From Alphaproteobacteria bacterium (GTDB lineage Bacteria; Pseudomonadota; Alphaproteobacteria; JAVJVX01): a stretch of 64,000 nt of DNA. How positions within the stretch are numbered: the first letter of the stretch is position 1; every line of letters begins with the position of its first letter. The stretch spans positions 136,969-200,968 of the forward strand of contig JAVJVX010000003.1 in NCBI GenBank assembly GCA_040220875.1, given 5' to 3'. The notes under the pieces are model-generated. The model did not search any database and was not told where the DNA came from. It saw only the letters and a program-made list of their open reading frames with translations. Shown piece after piece: positions 18,635 through 27,822 of this stretch. The position numbers were made by a program, and so were the translations under genes.

Positions 18635-19372
18635 ATGAAGATTTCCAGCCGACAGCCCGTCTCGCCGGGCCGACCGGCCGCCGGTGCGGGAGGTGCTGCG
18701 CCCGCGCCGTCCGCGCAGCCGGCAGGGGGTCAGCCCGCCCTCCGTCCGGTCAGCGATACGGCCTCGATCATGAACATTCCCTCGGCCGAACTGACGCCCA
18801 AGGTACAGGCGGCCATTCAGGGGCTGATGCGCGAAGTTGCCAATCTTCGCGAGGAACTGAAGAAAAGTCAGGCGCGGATTTCGTTTCTGGAAAAACTTGC
18901 GGATGAGGACACGCTGGTGCCCGCGCTCAACCGCCGGGCCTTCATCCGCGAGCTCACCCGCACGATCGCGTACACTCAGCGCTACGAGACGAAAAGCAGC
19001 CTGATTTACTTCGATATCAATCGCATGAAGCAGTTGAACGACACTTACGGGCACGGCGCCGGTGATGCGGCTTTGACGTGGGTCGTGGATGTGGTTTCCC
19101 GCAACGTTCGGGAGTTCGATGTTATCGGCCGGCTGGGAGGCGATGAGTTCGGCGTCATCCTGGTGAATGCCGATGAGGAGACCGCGCTCGAGAAAATGCA
19201 GAGCCTCGTCGCCCGGATCGAGGCCGAGCCCTTCGCCTGGAACGGCGATACGATCCTGCTCAAGGTCTCGGCCGGCTCGTTTACTTTTGCGGGTGGTGAT
19301 CAGAGCGCCGATTCGGCCATCGCCGCCGCCGACCGCGCAATGTACGAGAACAAGCGCCCCAACGGGGAATGA
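18635..19372 (+). CDS. GGDEF-domain diguanylate cyclase with N-terminal coiled coil
   Basis: It has RLGGDEFGVIL (GGDEF active-site motif) and NDTYGHGAGD (RxxD-like region). The start is ambiguous: GTG 18614 or ATG 18635, the latter 11 nt after GGGGAGGG. Confidence 0.75.
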   Translation: MKISSRQPVSPGRPAAGAGGAAPAPSAQPAGGQPALRPVSDTASIMNIPSAELTPKVQAAIQGLMREVANLREELKKSQARISFLEKLADEDTLVPALNRRAFIRELTRTIAYTQRYETKSSLIYFDINRMKQLNDTYGHGAGDAALTWVVDVVSRNVREFDVIGRLGGDEFGVILVNADEETALEKMQSLVARIEAEPFAWNGDTILLKVSAGSFTFAGGDQSADSAIAAADRAMYENKRPNGE

Positions 19373-19503
19373 TTCGCCCCATTCGGGCTTCGCGCTGCCC
19401 ATCCCACCTCATTTCATGTTGCCTGAATTGGCGTTAGGCTAGCGTCTTTCGCCCCGGGCCCGCGGGCACCGGATTTTCGGGAATCGGAAAGGAGAGGGCG
19501 CGC

Positions 19504-20631
19504 GTGCCAGGCAAGCGAATCGGTATTCTCACGAGTGGCGGGGATTGCGCCGGCCTCAACGCCATTATCCGGGCCGTCACCCGGCGCGCCCTTCACGGCT
19601 ACGACTGGGAGGTTGTCGGCATCCGCGAGGGCATAACCGGGCTGCTCTCACGCCCCGTGGAGCATGAGGTCCTCACCCTCAACCGCGTTTCGGGTCCGGT
19701 CATGCGCCAGGGCGGCACCATTCTGGGGACGACCAATCGCGGCAACCCGTTTTCCTATCCCGGCGCCGACGGCACCACGACCGACCGGTCGGCCGAGGTG
19801 ATCGAGGGCTTCCGCTCGCTTGGCCTCGAGGCCTTGATCGGGGTTGGCGGGGACGGCAGCTTGCGGATTCTTCAGCGCCTCGCCTGCCAGGGTGGAATCA
19901 ACTTTGTCGGTATTCCCAAGACCATTGATAACGATATCGGGCCGACCGAGTTGGCGGTGGGTTACATGACGGCGGTCAATGTCGGCACCGAGGCGCTCGA
20001 CCGGCTGCAGCCCACGGCCGCCAGCCACAGCCGGGTCATGGTGCTCGAAGTGATGGGCCGCGACGCCGGCCATATTGCCATCGCGGCCGGTATCGCGGGA
20101 GGCGCCGACGTTATTCTGATTCCGGAAATTCCTTATGAGATCGGGGAGATCGCCGACCATATCCGCGAAATCCGCCGCCGCGGGCGGAATTTCGCCCTTG
20201 TCGTAGTCGCGGAAGCGGTCCGGACCGAGGCCGGCGAGACCGTCTCCCAGACCCAGGCCCACGGGGCTTCCACCTATGGCGGGATCGGCAGCTATCTGGC
20301 CCGGCGTATAGGCGAGACGACGGGCGCCGATACGCGCGTGACGGTCCTCGGCCACGTTCAGCGCGGCGGCGAGCCGACGGCGATCGATCGGCTGATCGCC
20401 TCGGCCTTCGGCGTGCGGGCAGTGGACATGATCGCCGCCGGTCGCTTCGATCGCATGGTCGCCTGGCACCAGCGCCAGGTTATCGAGGTTCCCCTCGAGG
20501 ACGCCACCGCCGGGCCGGCGCTGGTCGACGTGAACGGCACGCTGGTCGGGACGGCCCGCGGGCTCGGTGTGTATATCGGCCGGACGACGGGAGAAACGGC
20601 GGGAGAAACGACGGGAGAAACGGCGGGATGA
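19504..20631 (+). CDS. pfk: 6-phosphofructokinase (family A; ATP- or PPi-dependent not resolved)
   Basis: It has MPGKRIGILTSGGDCAGLNA, GGDGS and PKTIDNDI. The Lys in PKTIDND is the PPi-type residue, but GGDGS rather than GGDDS is ATP-type. It uses a GTG start 8 nt after AAGGAGAG. Confidence 0.85.
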   Translation: MPGKRIGILTSGGDCAGLNAIIRAVTRRALHGYDWEVVGIREGITGLLSRPVEHEVLTLNRVSGPVMRQGGTILGTTNRGNPFSYPGADGTTTDRSAEVIEGFRSLGLEALIGVGGDGSLRILQRLACQGGINFVGIPKTIDNDIGPTELAVGYMTAVNVGTEALDRLQPTAASHSRVMVLEVMGRDAGHIAIAAGIAGGADVILIPEIPYEIGEIADHIREIRRRGRNFALVVVAEAVRTEAGETVSQTQAHGASTYGGIGSYLARRIGETTGADTRVTVLGHVQRGGEPTAIDRLIASAFGVRAVDMIAAGRFDRMVAWHQRQVIEVPLEDATAGPALVDVNGTLVGTARGLGVYIGRTTGETAGETTGETAG

Positions 20632-21197
20632 GCGCGGCAGTGACCGAGGAGTTCTGGGGATTCTCCCTCGAATTTTACGGGCGGGAGGGGATCAGTGACC
20701 TCTGCCTGCGGCTTCAGGACGAGGGCGGCTTCGATGTCGATTACGTTCTGCTGGCGTTCTGGATGGGGCTGTCGGGCCGCGGGCGGCTGAGCGATGCGGA
20801 ACTCGAGGCCGGTCTCAAAGCGACGACGCCGTGGAACGAGGGCGTCGTCAAGGTGCTGCGTCAGGTCCGCCGGACATTGAAACACGCACCCGGCGCAGCG
20901 CCCGCGGAGGCGGCCACCAACTTCCGGAAGGAGATACTCGCGCAGGAACTCGAAGGCGAACGGATCGAGCATATGATCCTTGTGCGCACGCTTGGTGAGA
21001 AGCCGGCCGAGAGCGGGCTGCCGGCCGAGCGCCGTCTCTCCGATGCCGACCATAATTTCCGCCGTTATGCCGCGGTATCTGCTGCGTTTCGCACTGCGGC
21101 ACCGGGCCTTTCCGAAACGGCCCTGGACGATATCCTGACGGCGCTGCTGGCGCGTGCGATGCCGGAGGCGGGCGCCGCGGCCGCGAGTCGGGCCTAG
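20628..21197 (+). CDS. conserved hypothetical protein (TIGR02444/DUF2390-like)
   Basis: Its ATG overlaps the pfk stop. The N-terminus MSxxxxEEFWGFSLEFYGREGISDLCLRLQDEGGFDVDYVLLAFW is, to my recollection, like the TIGR02444 family. Confidence 0.5.
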   Translation: MSAAVTEEFWGFSLEFYGREGISDLCLRLQDEGGFDVDYVLLAFWMGLSGRGRLSDAELEAGLKATTPWNEGVVKVLRQVRRTLKHAPGAAPAEAATNFRKEILAQELEGERIEHMILVRTLGEKPAESGLPAERRLSDADHNFRRYAAVSAAFRTAAPGLSETALDDILTALLARAMPEAGAAAASRA

Positions 21198-21276
21198 GGG
21201 CAGGGGTTTAGTTGTGCCGGCGAGGGGCGTATCATCCCCCGGAAGGTGTCGTGATGGTCAGGAAGGGAGGCTTGCT

Positions 21277-21441
21277 GTGGCTGCAACGGATCGGATCAGG
21301 ACTTTGAAAGCCCGCCACAAGGAAATCGACGATTCTCTCACCCAGGAAAACAACCGACCACACCCCGATGACTCACTGCTAAAAGATCTGAAGCTCCAGA
21401 AGCTCCGCCTCAAGGACGAAATACGCGCTCTCAAGACCTGA
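21277..21441 (+). CDS. DUF465 (YdcH-like) small protein
   Basis: The 54-aa translation VAATDRIRTLKARHKEIDDSLTQENNRPHPDDSLLKDLKLQKLRLKDEIRALKT has a GTG start 7 nt after GGAGG. The pattern RIxxLKxxHxxLDxxI...LKKxKLxLKDEI is typical of DUF465. Confidence 0.6.
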   Translation: MAATDRIRTLKARHKEIDDSLTQENNRPHPDDSLLKDLKLQKLRLKDEIRALKT

Positions 21442-21462
21442 TGGCGCCGGGGGCCCGGCGGG

Positions 21463-23100
21463 CTAAAGCGATTCCGCCTGCTGACGCAGCTTGAATTTCT
21501 GGATCTTGCCGGTCGATGTTTTTGGCAAGGCGGCGAAGACGATCGTCTTGGGCACCTTGAAATGCGCCATATTGTCCCGGCAAAAAGCGATAATCTCTTC
21601 CTCGGTTGCCGTCTTGCCATCCTTCAGGGTGACGAAGGCGCAGGGCGTTTCGCCCCATTTCTCGTCCGGACGCGCAACGATGGCGGCTTCCAGCACGGCC
21701 GGATGGCGGTACAGGATACCTTCCACCTCGATGCTGGATATATTTTCGCCGCCTGAAATGATGATGTCCTTGGACCGGTCGCGCAGCTCGATATACCCGT
21801 CGGGATGCAGGACGCCGAGGTCGCCGCTATGGAACCAGCCGCCCCGGAACGCCTCGTCGGTGGCTTTCGGGTTCTTGAGATAACCCTTCATCACGATGTT
21901 TCCGCGAAACATCACTTCGCCCATGGTCTCGCCATCGGCCGGCACCGGCTCCAGCGTCTCCGGATCGGCCACCATCAGACCCTCGAGCGAGGGATAGCGG
22001 ACCCCCTGGCGTGATTTGAGGCGGGCCCTTTCGCTGGCGTCCAGATCGTCCCATTGCTCCTGCCATTCGGAAATGGTGGCGGGGCCGTAGGTCTCCGTCA
22101 GGCCGTAGAGGTGAATCACCCGGAAGCCCTGGCTTTCCATGCCCTGAATGACGGCGGCTGGTGGCGGGGCGCCGGCGGTCATCACATTGACCGTATGGGG
22201 AAGCGGCTTCTTTGCCGTCTCGGGCGCGTTGTTGATCATGTTCATCACAATGGGCGCGCCGCAGAAATGTGTCACCTTGTGCTGCGCCAGCGCATCGAAG
22301 ACCGGCGCCGCCTCGACCCGGCGCAGGCAGATATTAGTCCCGGCGGCGGCGGCCACGGTCCACGGGAAGCACCAGCCGTTGCAATGGAACATCGGCAGGG
22401 TCCAGAGGTAGACCGGCGACTCCGTCATATTACCTACCACCATGTTCGACAGCGACATGAGATAGGCGCCGCGGTGATGGTAGACGACGCCCTTGGGATT
22501 ACCGGTCGTCCCCGACGTGTAATTCAGCGTGATCGCGTCCCATTCATCCGCGGGCGGCTCCCAGGTAAAATCCGGATCGCCTTCGGCGAGAAACGCCTCG
22601 TATTCGGTGGCGGCGAAATCGGGGCTGGCCTCTCCCTTAAAGAGAGGATCCTCGATGAGGACGATCTCGGGCGGCTCCTCCAGGCGCTGGACGGCATCGT
22701 GGGCGAGGGCCGAAAATTCGCGATCGACGAAAAGCATCCGCGCGGCGCCGTGTTCGAGGATAAAGGCCACGATGGGGGCATCGAGACGGATATTGATTGA
22801 ATTGAGAACCGCGCCCGCCATCGGGACCGCGAAATGCGCCTCGAAATGGGCGGGGGTGTTGGGAGCCAGAATGGCGACCGTCTCGTTCTTGCCGATCCCG
22901 CGTTTGGCGAGAGCCGAGGCAAACCGGCGGCATCGCGTGTAGACCTCGGCCCAGCTCAGCCGCAAATCGCCGTGGACGATCGCCGTCCGCTCGGGGAAAA
23001 CCCGGGCTGACCGGTCGAGATAGGTTAGCGGCGTGAGTTGCTGAAAATTTGCTGCATTCCTGCCGAGATGCTCGTCATAGACGCTGGACTGTGCGGTCAT
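21463..23100 (-). CDS. acyl-CoA synthetase (AMP-forming, medium-chain/AAE-like)
   Basis: It has YTSGTTGNPKGV, YGLTETYG and GWFHSGDLG, and is 545 aa long. Confidence 0.85.
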   Translation of the reverse strand: MTAQSSVYDEHLGRNAANFQQLTPLTYLDRSARVFPERTAIVHGDLRLSWAEVYTRCRRFASALAKRGIGKNETVAILAPNTPAHFEAHFAVPMAGAVLNSINIRLDAPIVAFILEHGAARMLFVDREFSALAHDAVQRLEEPPEIVLIEDPLFKGEASPDFAATEYEAFLAEGDPDFTWEPPADEWDAITLNYTSGTTGNPKGVVYHHRGAYLMSLSNMVVGNMTESPVYLWTLPMFHCNGWCFPWTVAAAAGTNICLRRVEAAPVFDALAQHKVTHFCGAPIVMNMINNAPETAKKPLPHTVNVMTAGAPPPAAVIQGMESQGFRVIHLYGLTETYGPATISEWQEQWDDLDASERARLKSRQGVRYPSLEGLMVADPETLEPVPADGETMGEVMFRGNIVMKGYLKNPKATDEAFRGGWFHSGDLGVLHPDGYIELRDRSKDIIISGGENISSIEVEGILYRHPAVLEAAIVARPDEKWGETPCAFVTLKDGKTATEEEIIAFCRDNMAHFKVPKTIVFAALPKTSTGKIQKFKLRQQAESL

Positions 23101-23178
23101 CTTGCGTTCTGTACCCCCCGATATGCCAATGGAAACCGTGTTCTGCCGTTCCGTGCCGTGCGATCCGGGATGCCCGCC

Positions 23179-23973
23179 TCAGGCGGCGCGAAGATGGGCC
23201 TCGATCCTGGCCCACCCCGGCGCGCCCAGCTCGGCCAGGTTTCGGCGCATCTCGTCGGACAAATCGTCCGCGATCGCCACCTCGTAAGATGGCCGCGCCT
23301 GCACTCGCGCGACCCAGTCGCTGACGCGAGGATGTCCATCCTCGAAAAGTGCCGTCCAGCCGAACTGGATGAGGGTCTGGAAATATGGCGCGAGGCAACA
23401 ATCCGTGATCGAGAACATATCCCCGCTCATCCACGGCCGGTCGCGCAGCACATCCTCCATATCCACGATGGTCTGAGCGTAGACGCCGACGGCGTCGGCG
23501 ACATCGGGCGCATCGAGGCCCATTTTCACCAGGCGTTTCTGGCGCTCGCGGCGCTGCTTTTCCGGCACCCGATCGAGGATCGCCTCGCGCTCGGCTTCAG
23601 GGAGTTCCATCAGCTTCGGGCGCATGACAAGCGGCCATTGCAGGGCGCCACAGGAGGGATGCAGCTTGTTGTCCACATGCTTCATCCAAAGCCGCATGCG
23701 CGCGATTTCGTATGGGTCGGCCGCGCGAAGCGCGGGCTCGGGAAAGCAATCCTCGAGATATTCGCAGATGATAGAGGATTCCACGATTGGGCGGCCATCA
23801 TGCACCAGGGTCGGGACCACGCCGGCCGGGTTCAGCTTCAGGTATTCCGGCCTCAGGTTCTCTTTTTCCGGCAGGTTGACGTGGCGCTTCGTGTAATCGA
23901 CGGCCTTTTCGGCGAGCACCAGTCGCACCTTCTGCGCGCAGGGCGACATCGGGTGCGTATAGAGTTCAAGCAT
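23179..23973 (-). CDS. glutathione S-transferase family protein
   Basis: It has an N-terminal thioredoxin-like GST fold (MLELYTHPMSPCAQKVRLVLAEKAVDY...GVVPTLV...ESSIICEYL) and a helical C-terminal domain. Confidence 0.8.
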   Translation of the reverse strand: MLELYTHPMSPCAQKVRLVLAEKAVDYTKRHVNLPEKENLRPEYLKLNPAGVVPTLVHDGRPIVESSIICEYLEDCFPEPALRAADPYEIARMRLWMKHVDNKLHPSCGALQWPLVMRPKLMELPEAEREAILDRVPEKQRRERQKRLVKMGLDAPDVADAVGVYAQTIVDMEDVLRDRPWMSGDMFSITDCCLAPYFQTLIQFGWTALFEDGHPRVSDWVARVQARPSYEVAIADDLSDEMRRNLAELGAPGWARIEAHLRAA

Positions 23974-24006
23974 GATCCGTCGTTCCCTAATTCGCGCCGC
24001 CCGTTC

Positions 24007-24426
24007 CTATTTCAGCTTGGCCAGCGCAGCCTGAGCGGCCTCCATATCCTCGGTGTAATGGGCGCCGCTGACGCCGATCCCGCCGATGAGCTGCCCGTCC
24101 ACCATGATGGGGTAGCCGCCGCCCAGCACGGACGCCTGCCCCGAGGCCGGCAATCCCACGGTCAGCATCGGGTCGTCCTTGATGAAATCCCAAAGTTCGT
24201 GCGTTGCAATGGGGAAGCCGGCGCAGCTCTTGGCCTTCTGCTGTGCGATCGTGACGCTGAGGAGGGGTGCGCCATCCATGCGCAGGAAGGCCAGCAGGTT
24301 GCCGCCGTCATCGACAATGGCGATGCTGAGCGGCTTTTCCATCTTGTTGGCGGCCTCCTCGGCGGCCGAAATCATGGTGACGGCGACGCTGGCGGTAAGG
24401 ACTTTCTTGCTGGGCAAATCGGCCAT
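24007..24426 (-). CDS. GlcG/DUF336 heme-binding-like protein
   Basis: The sequence GGGYPIMVDGQLIGGIGVSGAHYTEDMEAAQAAL is typical of DUF336/GlcG. Confidence 0.7.
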   Translation of the reverse strand: MADLPSKKVLTASVAVTMISAAEEAANKMEKPLSIAIVDDGGNLLAFLRMDGAPLLSVTIAQQKAKSCAGFPIATHELWDFIKDDPMLTVGLPASGQASVLGGGYPIMVDGQLIGGIGVSGAHYTEDMEAAQAALAKLK

Positions 24427-24566
24427 GGCGTGTCTCCCTGTTCCGGCCCGTCCTCGCGGGCCGTGGTGGTTGGCGGGCTGGCCGCCGGACCGGCAGCCGG
24501 GCGGCGGTGCCCGACTTTACCCGGCTGGCGGCTCGTCGCAAACCCCGCCCGCCGTCCGGGCGAGCC

Positions 24567-25343
24567 TCAAACGAGATGAAATCCGAGGCCGGTGGCGATG
24601 AGGTGAAGCCCGGCAATCACGACGAGGGTATAGCAAAGCCGGTAGAAAAGGGCCTGGTTAACCCGGCTGTGAAGCCAAATGCCGAGATACATGCCGAGCG
24701 GCGCGAGGGGCAGCAGCACTGCGGCGGTTGCCAGGTTGGTGCGGTCGAGCAGCCCGAGGGACCCGTAGGGCACGACCTTGGCGGCATTGATTGACGCAAA
24801 GACCACGACCATCGTGCCGACATAGATGGTCTTATCGAGGCGCCGGGGCAGCATGTAGACCTGGGCCGGCGGCGCGCCGGCATGGGCGACGAAGCTGGTC
24901 AGTCCGGCGACCGCCCCCCAGAAGCCCCCCTTGCGCCAGTCCTGTGGCCGGGCCGGTCTCTCGGCCGCGGCCGAAGCGCCCGACCGCCGGCCGAGCCAAT
25001 AATCAACCGCGAAGGCAAGGGCGATAAGCCCGACGAGAAGCCGGATCAGGTTTTCCGAAAGATAGTCGGCGAGCAGCCACCCCAGGCCGACACCCGCCAG
25101 GCTGGCCGGCAGAAGAATGGCTACGCTGCCGGCGTCCCATTTGCCGCGATAGGCCCAGAGGCCGACACCATCCATGACGATCAGGACGGGCAGCAGGATG
25201 CCGATGGCCTGTAGCGGCGGCACGGCGAGCGAGACGAGGGGAACGGCGACAATTCCGAGACCGCCGGCGAAGCCGCCCTTGGAAATGCCGGTGATGAGGA
25301 TCGCCGGCAGGGCGGCCGCGTAGAACCAGGGGTCGGTCAGCAC
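24567..25343 (-). CDS. TauE/SafE-family anion exporter (DUF81)
   Basis: It is a 258-aa protein with 7-8 TM helices and the duplicated GGG/G-rich TM motif of DUF81. Confidence 0.75.
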   Translation of the reverse strand: MLTDPWFYAAALPAILITGISKGGFAGGLGIVAVPLVSLAVPPLQAIGILLPVLIVMDGVGLWAYRGKWDAGSVAILLPASLAGVGLGWLLADYLSENLIRLLVGLIALAFAVDYWLGRRSGASAAAERPARPQDWRKGGFWGAVAGLTSFVAHAGAPPAQVYMLPRRLDKTIYVGTMVVVFASINAAKVVPYGSLGLLDRTNLATAAVLLPLAPLGMYLGIWLHSRVNQALFYRLCYTLVVIAGLHLIATGLGFHLV

Positions 25344-25379
25344 GGGATCAGTCCACTCCCGCGCTGCGCGGCCCCGCGA

Positions 25380-26153
25380 TCAGGAGGACTGCTCCGGGTC
25401 GTTCTCCTGCGCGTCGCCGTCGCTGGTCGGGGGGTTTTCGGGGTCTTCCGGCCAATGTTGCGCCGCCCCAGGGGCCTCCGTGCTCGCCGGCTTCGGCTGG
25501 TCGGGGTCTTCCGGCCAATGCGCCTCGGCTTTGTCTGCCTCCGAACCGCCGGTCAGCGTGGCCGCCGCGGTCGCCATTTCCTCGGCCTCTTTCTTGCGCT
25601 GGGCCTTGGCCGCCTCCTTCTCGGCGCGGGCCTTGGCCCGGTCCGCCCGGGCCTGCGCCTGGTCCAGCTCGACGACCTTGCAAAGCCCCAGCTCCACCGG
25701 GTCGCGCGGCGTGATATTGGAGGCGTTCCAGTGGGTGCGGTCCCGCACCGCCTGTATCGTGGGCTTGGTCGTGCCGATCAGGCGCGAAATCTGGGCGTCG
25801 GTCAGATCAGGGTAATGCTTGAGCAGCCAGGCGATGGCGTCCGGCTTGTCCTGGCGCTTGGCCACGGGCGTGTAGCGGGCACCCTTGGTCTTCCAGGCAG
25901 GCAGCGGGATGCTCCGTTTAGCCTGGACGAGTTCGGCCGTCGGGTCCTGTTCGCACCGCGCGATCTCCTCCTGGGTGAGCTGCCCGTTCCCGATCGGGTC
26001 CATGCCGCGCATGCTGGTATTGACCTCGCCATCGGCGATAGCCTGCACTTCCAGACGGTGCAGGCCGCAGAAATCCGCGATCTGATCGAAAGTCAGGCCG
26101 GTATTTTCCACCAGCCATACGGCGGTGGCCTTGGGCATCAACAGCTCGCTCAT
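25380..26153 (-). CDS. DUF1013 domain protein with an acidic repeat-containing C-terminal tail
   Basis: From ATG 26153 (GGAGG 8 nt upstream) the N-terminus reads MSELLMPKATAVWLVENTGLTFDQIADFCGLHRLEVQAIADGE. This matches the conserved alphaproteobacterial DUF1013 as I recall it. The C-terminus has a duplicated HWPEDPD/ENPP segment. Confidence 0.65.
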   Translation of the reverse strand: MSELLMPKATAVWLVENTGLTFDQIADFCGLHRLEVQAIADGEVNTSMRGMDPIGNGQLTQEEIARCEQDPTAELVQAKRSIPLPAWKTKGARYTPVAKRQDKPDAIAWLLKHYPDLTDAQISRLIGTTKPTIQAVRDRTHWNASNITPRDPVELGLCKVVELDQAQARADRAKARAEKEAAKAQRKKEAEEMATAAATLTGGSEADKAEAHWPEDPDQPKPASTEAPGAAQHWPEDPENPPTSDGDAQENDPEQSS

Positions 26154-26308
26154 CAGGCCTCCAGAACGTGCGCCACGGTTCCCGGCATCTGCCCGAGCCG
26201 GAATTGAGCCGCACACCATGAACTCTACGGGGATGGCTTATATACACGCGCTCCGGTTCAGGGTTCAAGGATTTAGGCGGGTGGCGGCGCGGCGCGTGTC
26301 CTGGCGCC

Positions 26309-27292
26309 TCAGCCCGCCGGGACGAGCATGATCTTACCGATATGGGCGCTCGATTCCATGAGCTCATGAGCCGCCGCGGCGGCCGTGAGCGGAAAGCTTT
26401 GGTGGATGATCGGACCTACCTCGCCGGCCTCGATCAGGGGCCAGACCCGGGACCGGAGCCGGTCGGCAATGGCGGCCTTGGCGTCGACGGATTGGGGGCG
26501 GAGCGTCGAGCCGGTGATCGTCAGGCGGTTGCGCATCACCGGCATGAAATTGATCTCCGCCCTGGCGCCGCCCAGGAAGGCGATGAAGACGAGCCGGCCC
26601 TCCGGCGCCAGGCATTTCAGGTTCCGCGCGATATAGTCGCCGCCCACCATATCGATGACGACATCCACGCCGGCGCCCTCGGTCTCCTCCTCGATGACCG
26701 CGACGAAATCCTCCTCGCGATAGTTGATGGCGCGGGTGGCGCCGAGTTTCTCGCAGGCCGCGCATTTCTCGGCATTGCCCGCGGTGGTGTAGACGGTGCC
26801 ACCAAATGCGCGGGCAAGCTGAATGGCAGTGGTGCCGATCCCGCTCGAGCCGCCATGCACGAGCAGGCGCTCGCCCTCGGCGAACCGGGCCCGGTCGAAA
26901 AGATTGGTCCAGACCGTGAAGTAGGTCTCGGGCAGGGCAGCCGCTTCCAGCAGGCTTCGGCCGCGGGGCACCGGCAGGCACTGGCGTGCGGGCGCCAGCG
27001 CGTATTCGGCATACCCGCCGCCCGTGACCAGCGCCGCGATCTGATCGCCGACCTGCCAGCCCGTCACCTCGGGCCCAAGTGCCACGATCTCGCCCGCGAA
27101 TTCGAGCCCCGGGATATCGGACGCGCCGGGCGGCGGTGGATAGGCGCCGGCGCGCTGGATCGCGTCGGGCCGGTTGACGCCCGCGGCCGCGATTTTGACC
27201 AGAACGTCTCCGGGACCGGGAACCGGAACAGCCCGTTCCGCCGGTTTCAGCACCTCGGGGCCTCCCGGTTCGGTAATTTCGATGACGGTCAT
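26309..27292 (-). CDS. qor: NADPH:quinone oxidoreductase (zinc-independent MDR family)
   Basis: From ATG 27292 the translation is MTVIEITEPGGPEVLKPAERAVPVPGPGDVLVKIAAAGVNRPD...GGSSGIGTTAIQLA. The track ORF has a 15-codon upstream extension. Confidence 0.85.
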   Translation of the reverse strand: MTVIEITEPGGPEVLKPAERAVPVPGPGDVLVKIAAAGVNRPDAIQRAGAYPPPPGASDIPGLEFAGEIVALGPEVTGWQVGDQIAALVTGGGYAEYALAPARQCLPVPRGRSLLEAAALPETYFTVWTNLFDRARFAEGERLLVHGGSSGIGTTAIQLARAFGGTVYTTAGNAEKCAACEKLGATRAINYREEDFVAVIEEETEGAGVDVVIDMVGGDYIARNLKCLAPEGRLVFIAFLGGARAEINFMPVMRNRLTITGSTLRPQSVDAKAAIADRLRSRVWPLIEAGEVGPIIHQSFPLTAAAAAHELMESSAHIGKIMLVPAG

Positions 27293-27465
27293 GGTGTCAG
27301 GCAGATCGGCCACGGCTCTCGCCTCCCGGGTTCTCAAGACAGGGTTCGAGGTCTAATCTGTCCCCTGAAGCGAGACAAGGGGCGAGACGGGTGTCGAAAC
27401 AAGTGTCGAGACCAGGGGCGTGAAACGGATCGCGCGCGGCGAGGGCAACGGTTTCCGGGGGCGGC

Positions 27466-27645
27466 ATGGAAGACGAGGAACTCGGTTGGCAGTCTCCGCA
27501 CAGTGCGGAGACGTTCGAGAAAATGTCGATCGAGGAGATCGAAGGCTACATCGCCCGGCTCGAGGCCGAGATCGATCGCGCGCGCACCGTGATCGGGAAA
27601 AAACGCGGTCAGGCGGGCGCCGCCGAGGCGCTTTTCCGGAAATAG
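27466..27645 (+). CDS. DUF1192 small protein (59 aa)
   Basis: The translation MEDEELGWQSPHSAETFEKMSIEEIEGYIARLEAEIDRARTVIGKKRGQAGAAEALFRK is missing from the ORF track. Its acidic N-terminus, EIEGYIARLEAEIDRA coiled coil and C-terminal ALFRK match DUF1192 as I recall it. Confidence 0.6.
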   Translation: MEDEELGWQSPHSAETFEKMSIEEIEGYIARLEAEIDRARTVIGKKRGQAGAAEALFRK

Positions 27646-27822
27646 GCCGGAAAAAAAGACAGGTCGCCACCGGCCCACCGGCCCACCGGCCGTTAACCAA
27701 ATCACAAGACTAGGGAGCTAGCCTCAAGGCTCGGTTGAGGTTTCGACCTTTTGGCCCGTCCCCGCTCTGGTGCGGGATGCCGGGCCGGATCCAACCCTCG
27801 ATCACGCCTCCCTGTAAGAACT

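Noticed and set aside
27420-27713. A 97-aa plus-strand ORF (MKRIARGEGNGFRGRHGRRG...).
   Set aside because: It is Arg/Gly-rich and motif-less, and it sits out of frame over the DUF1192 gene. The DUF1192 reading frame gives a conserved family match instead.
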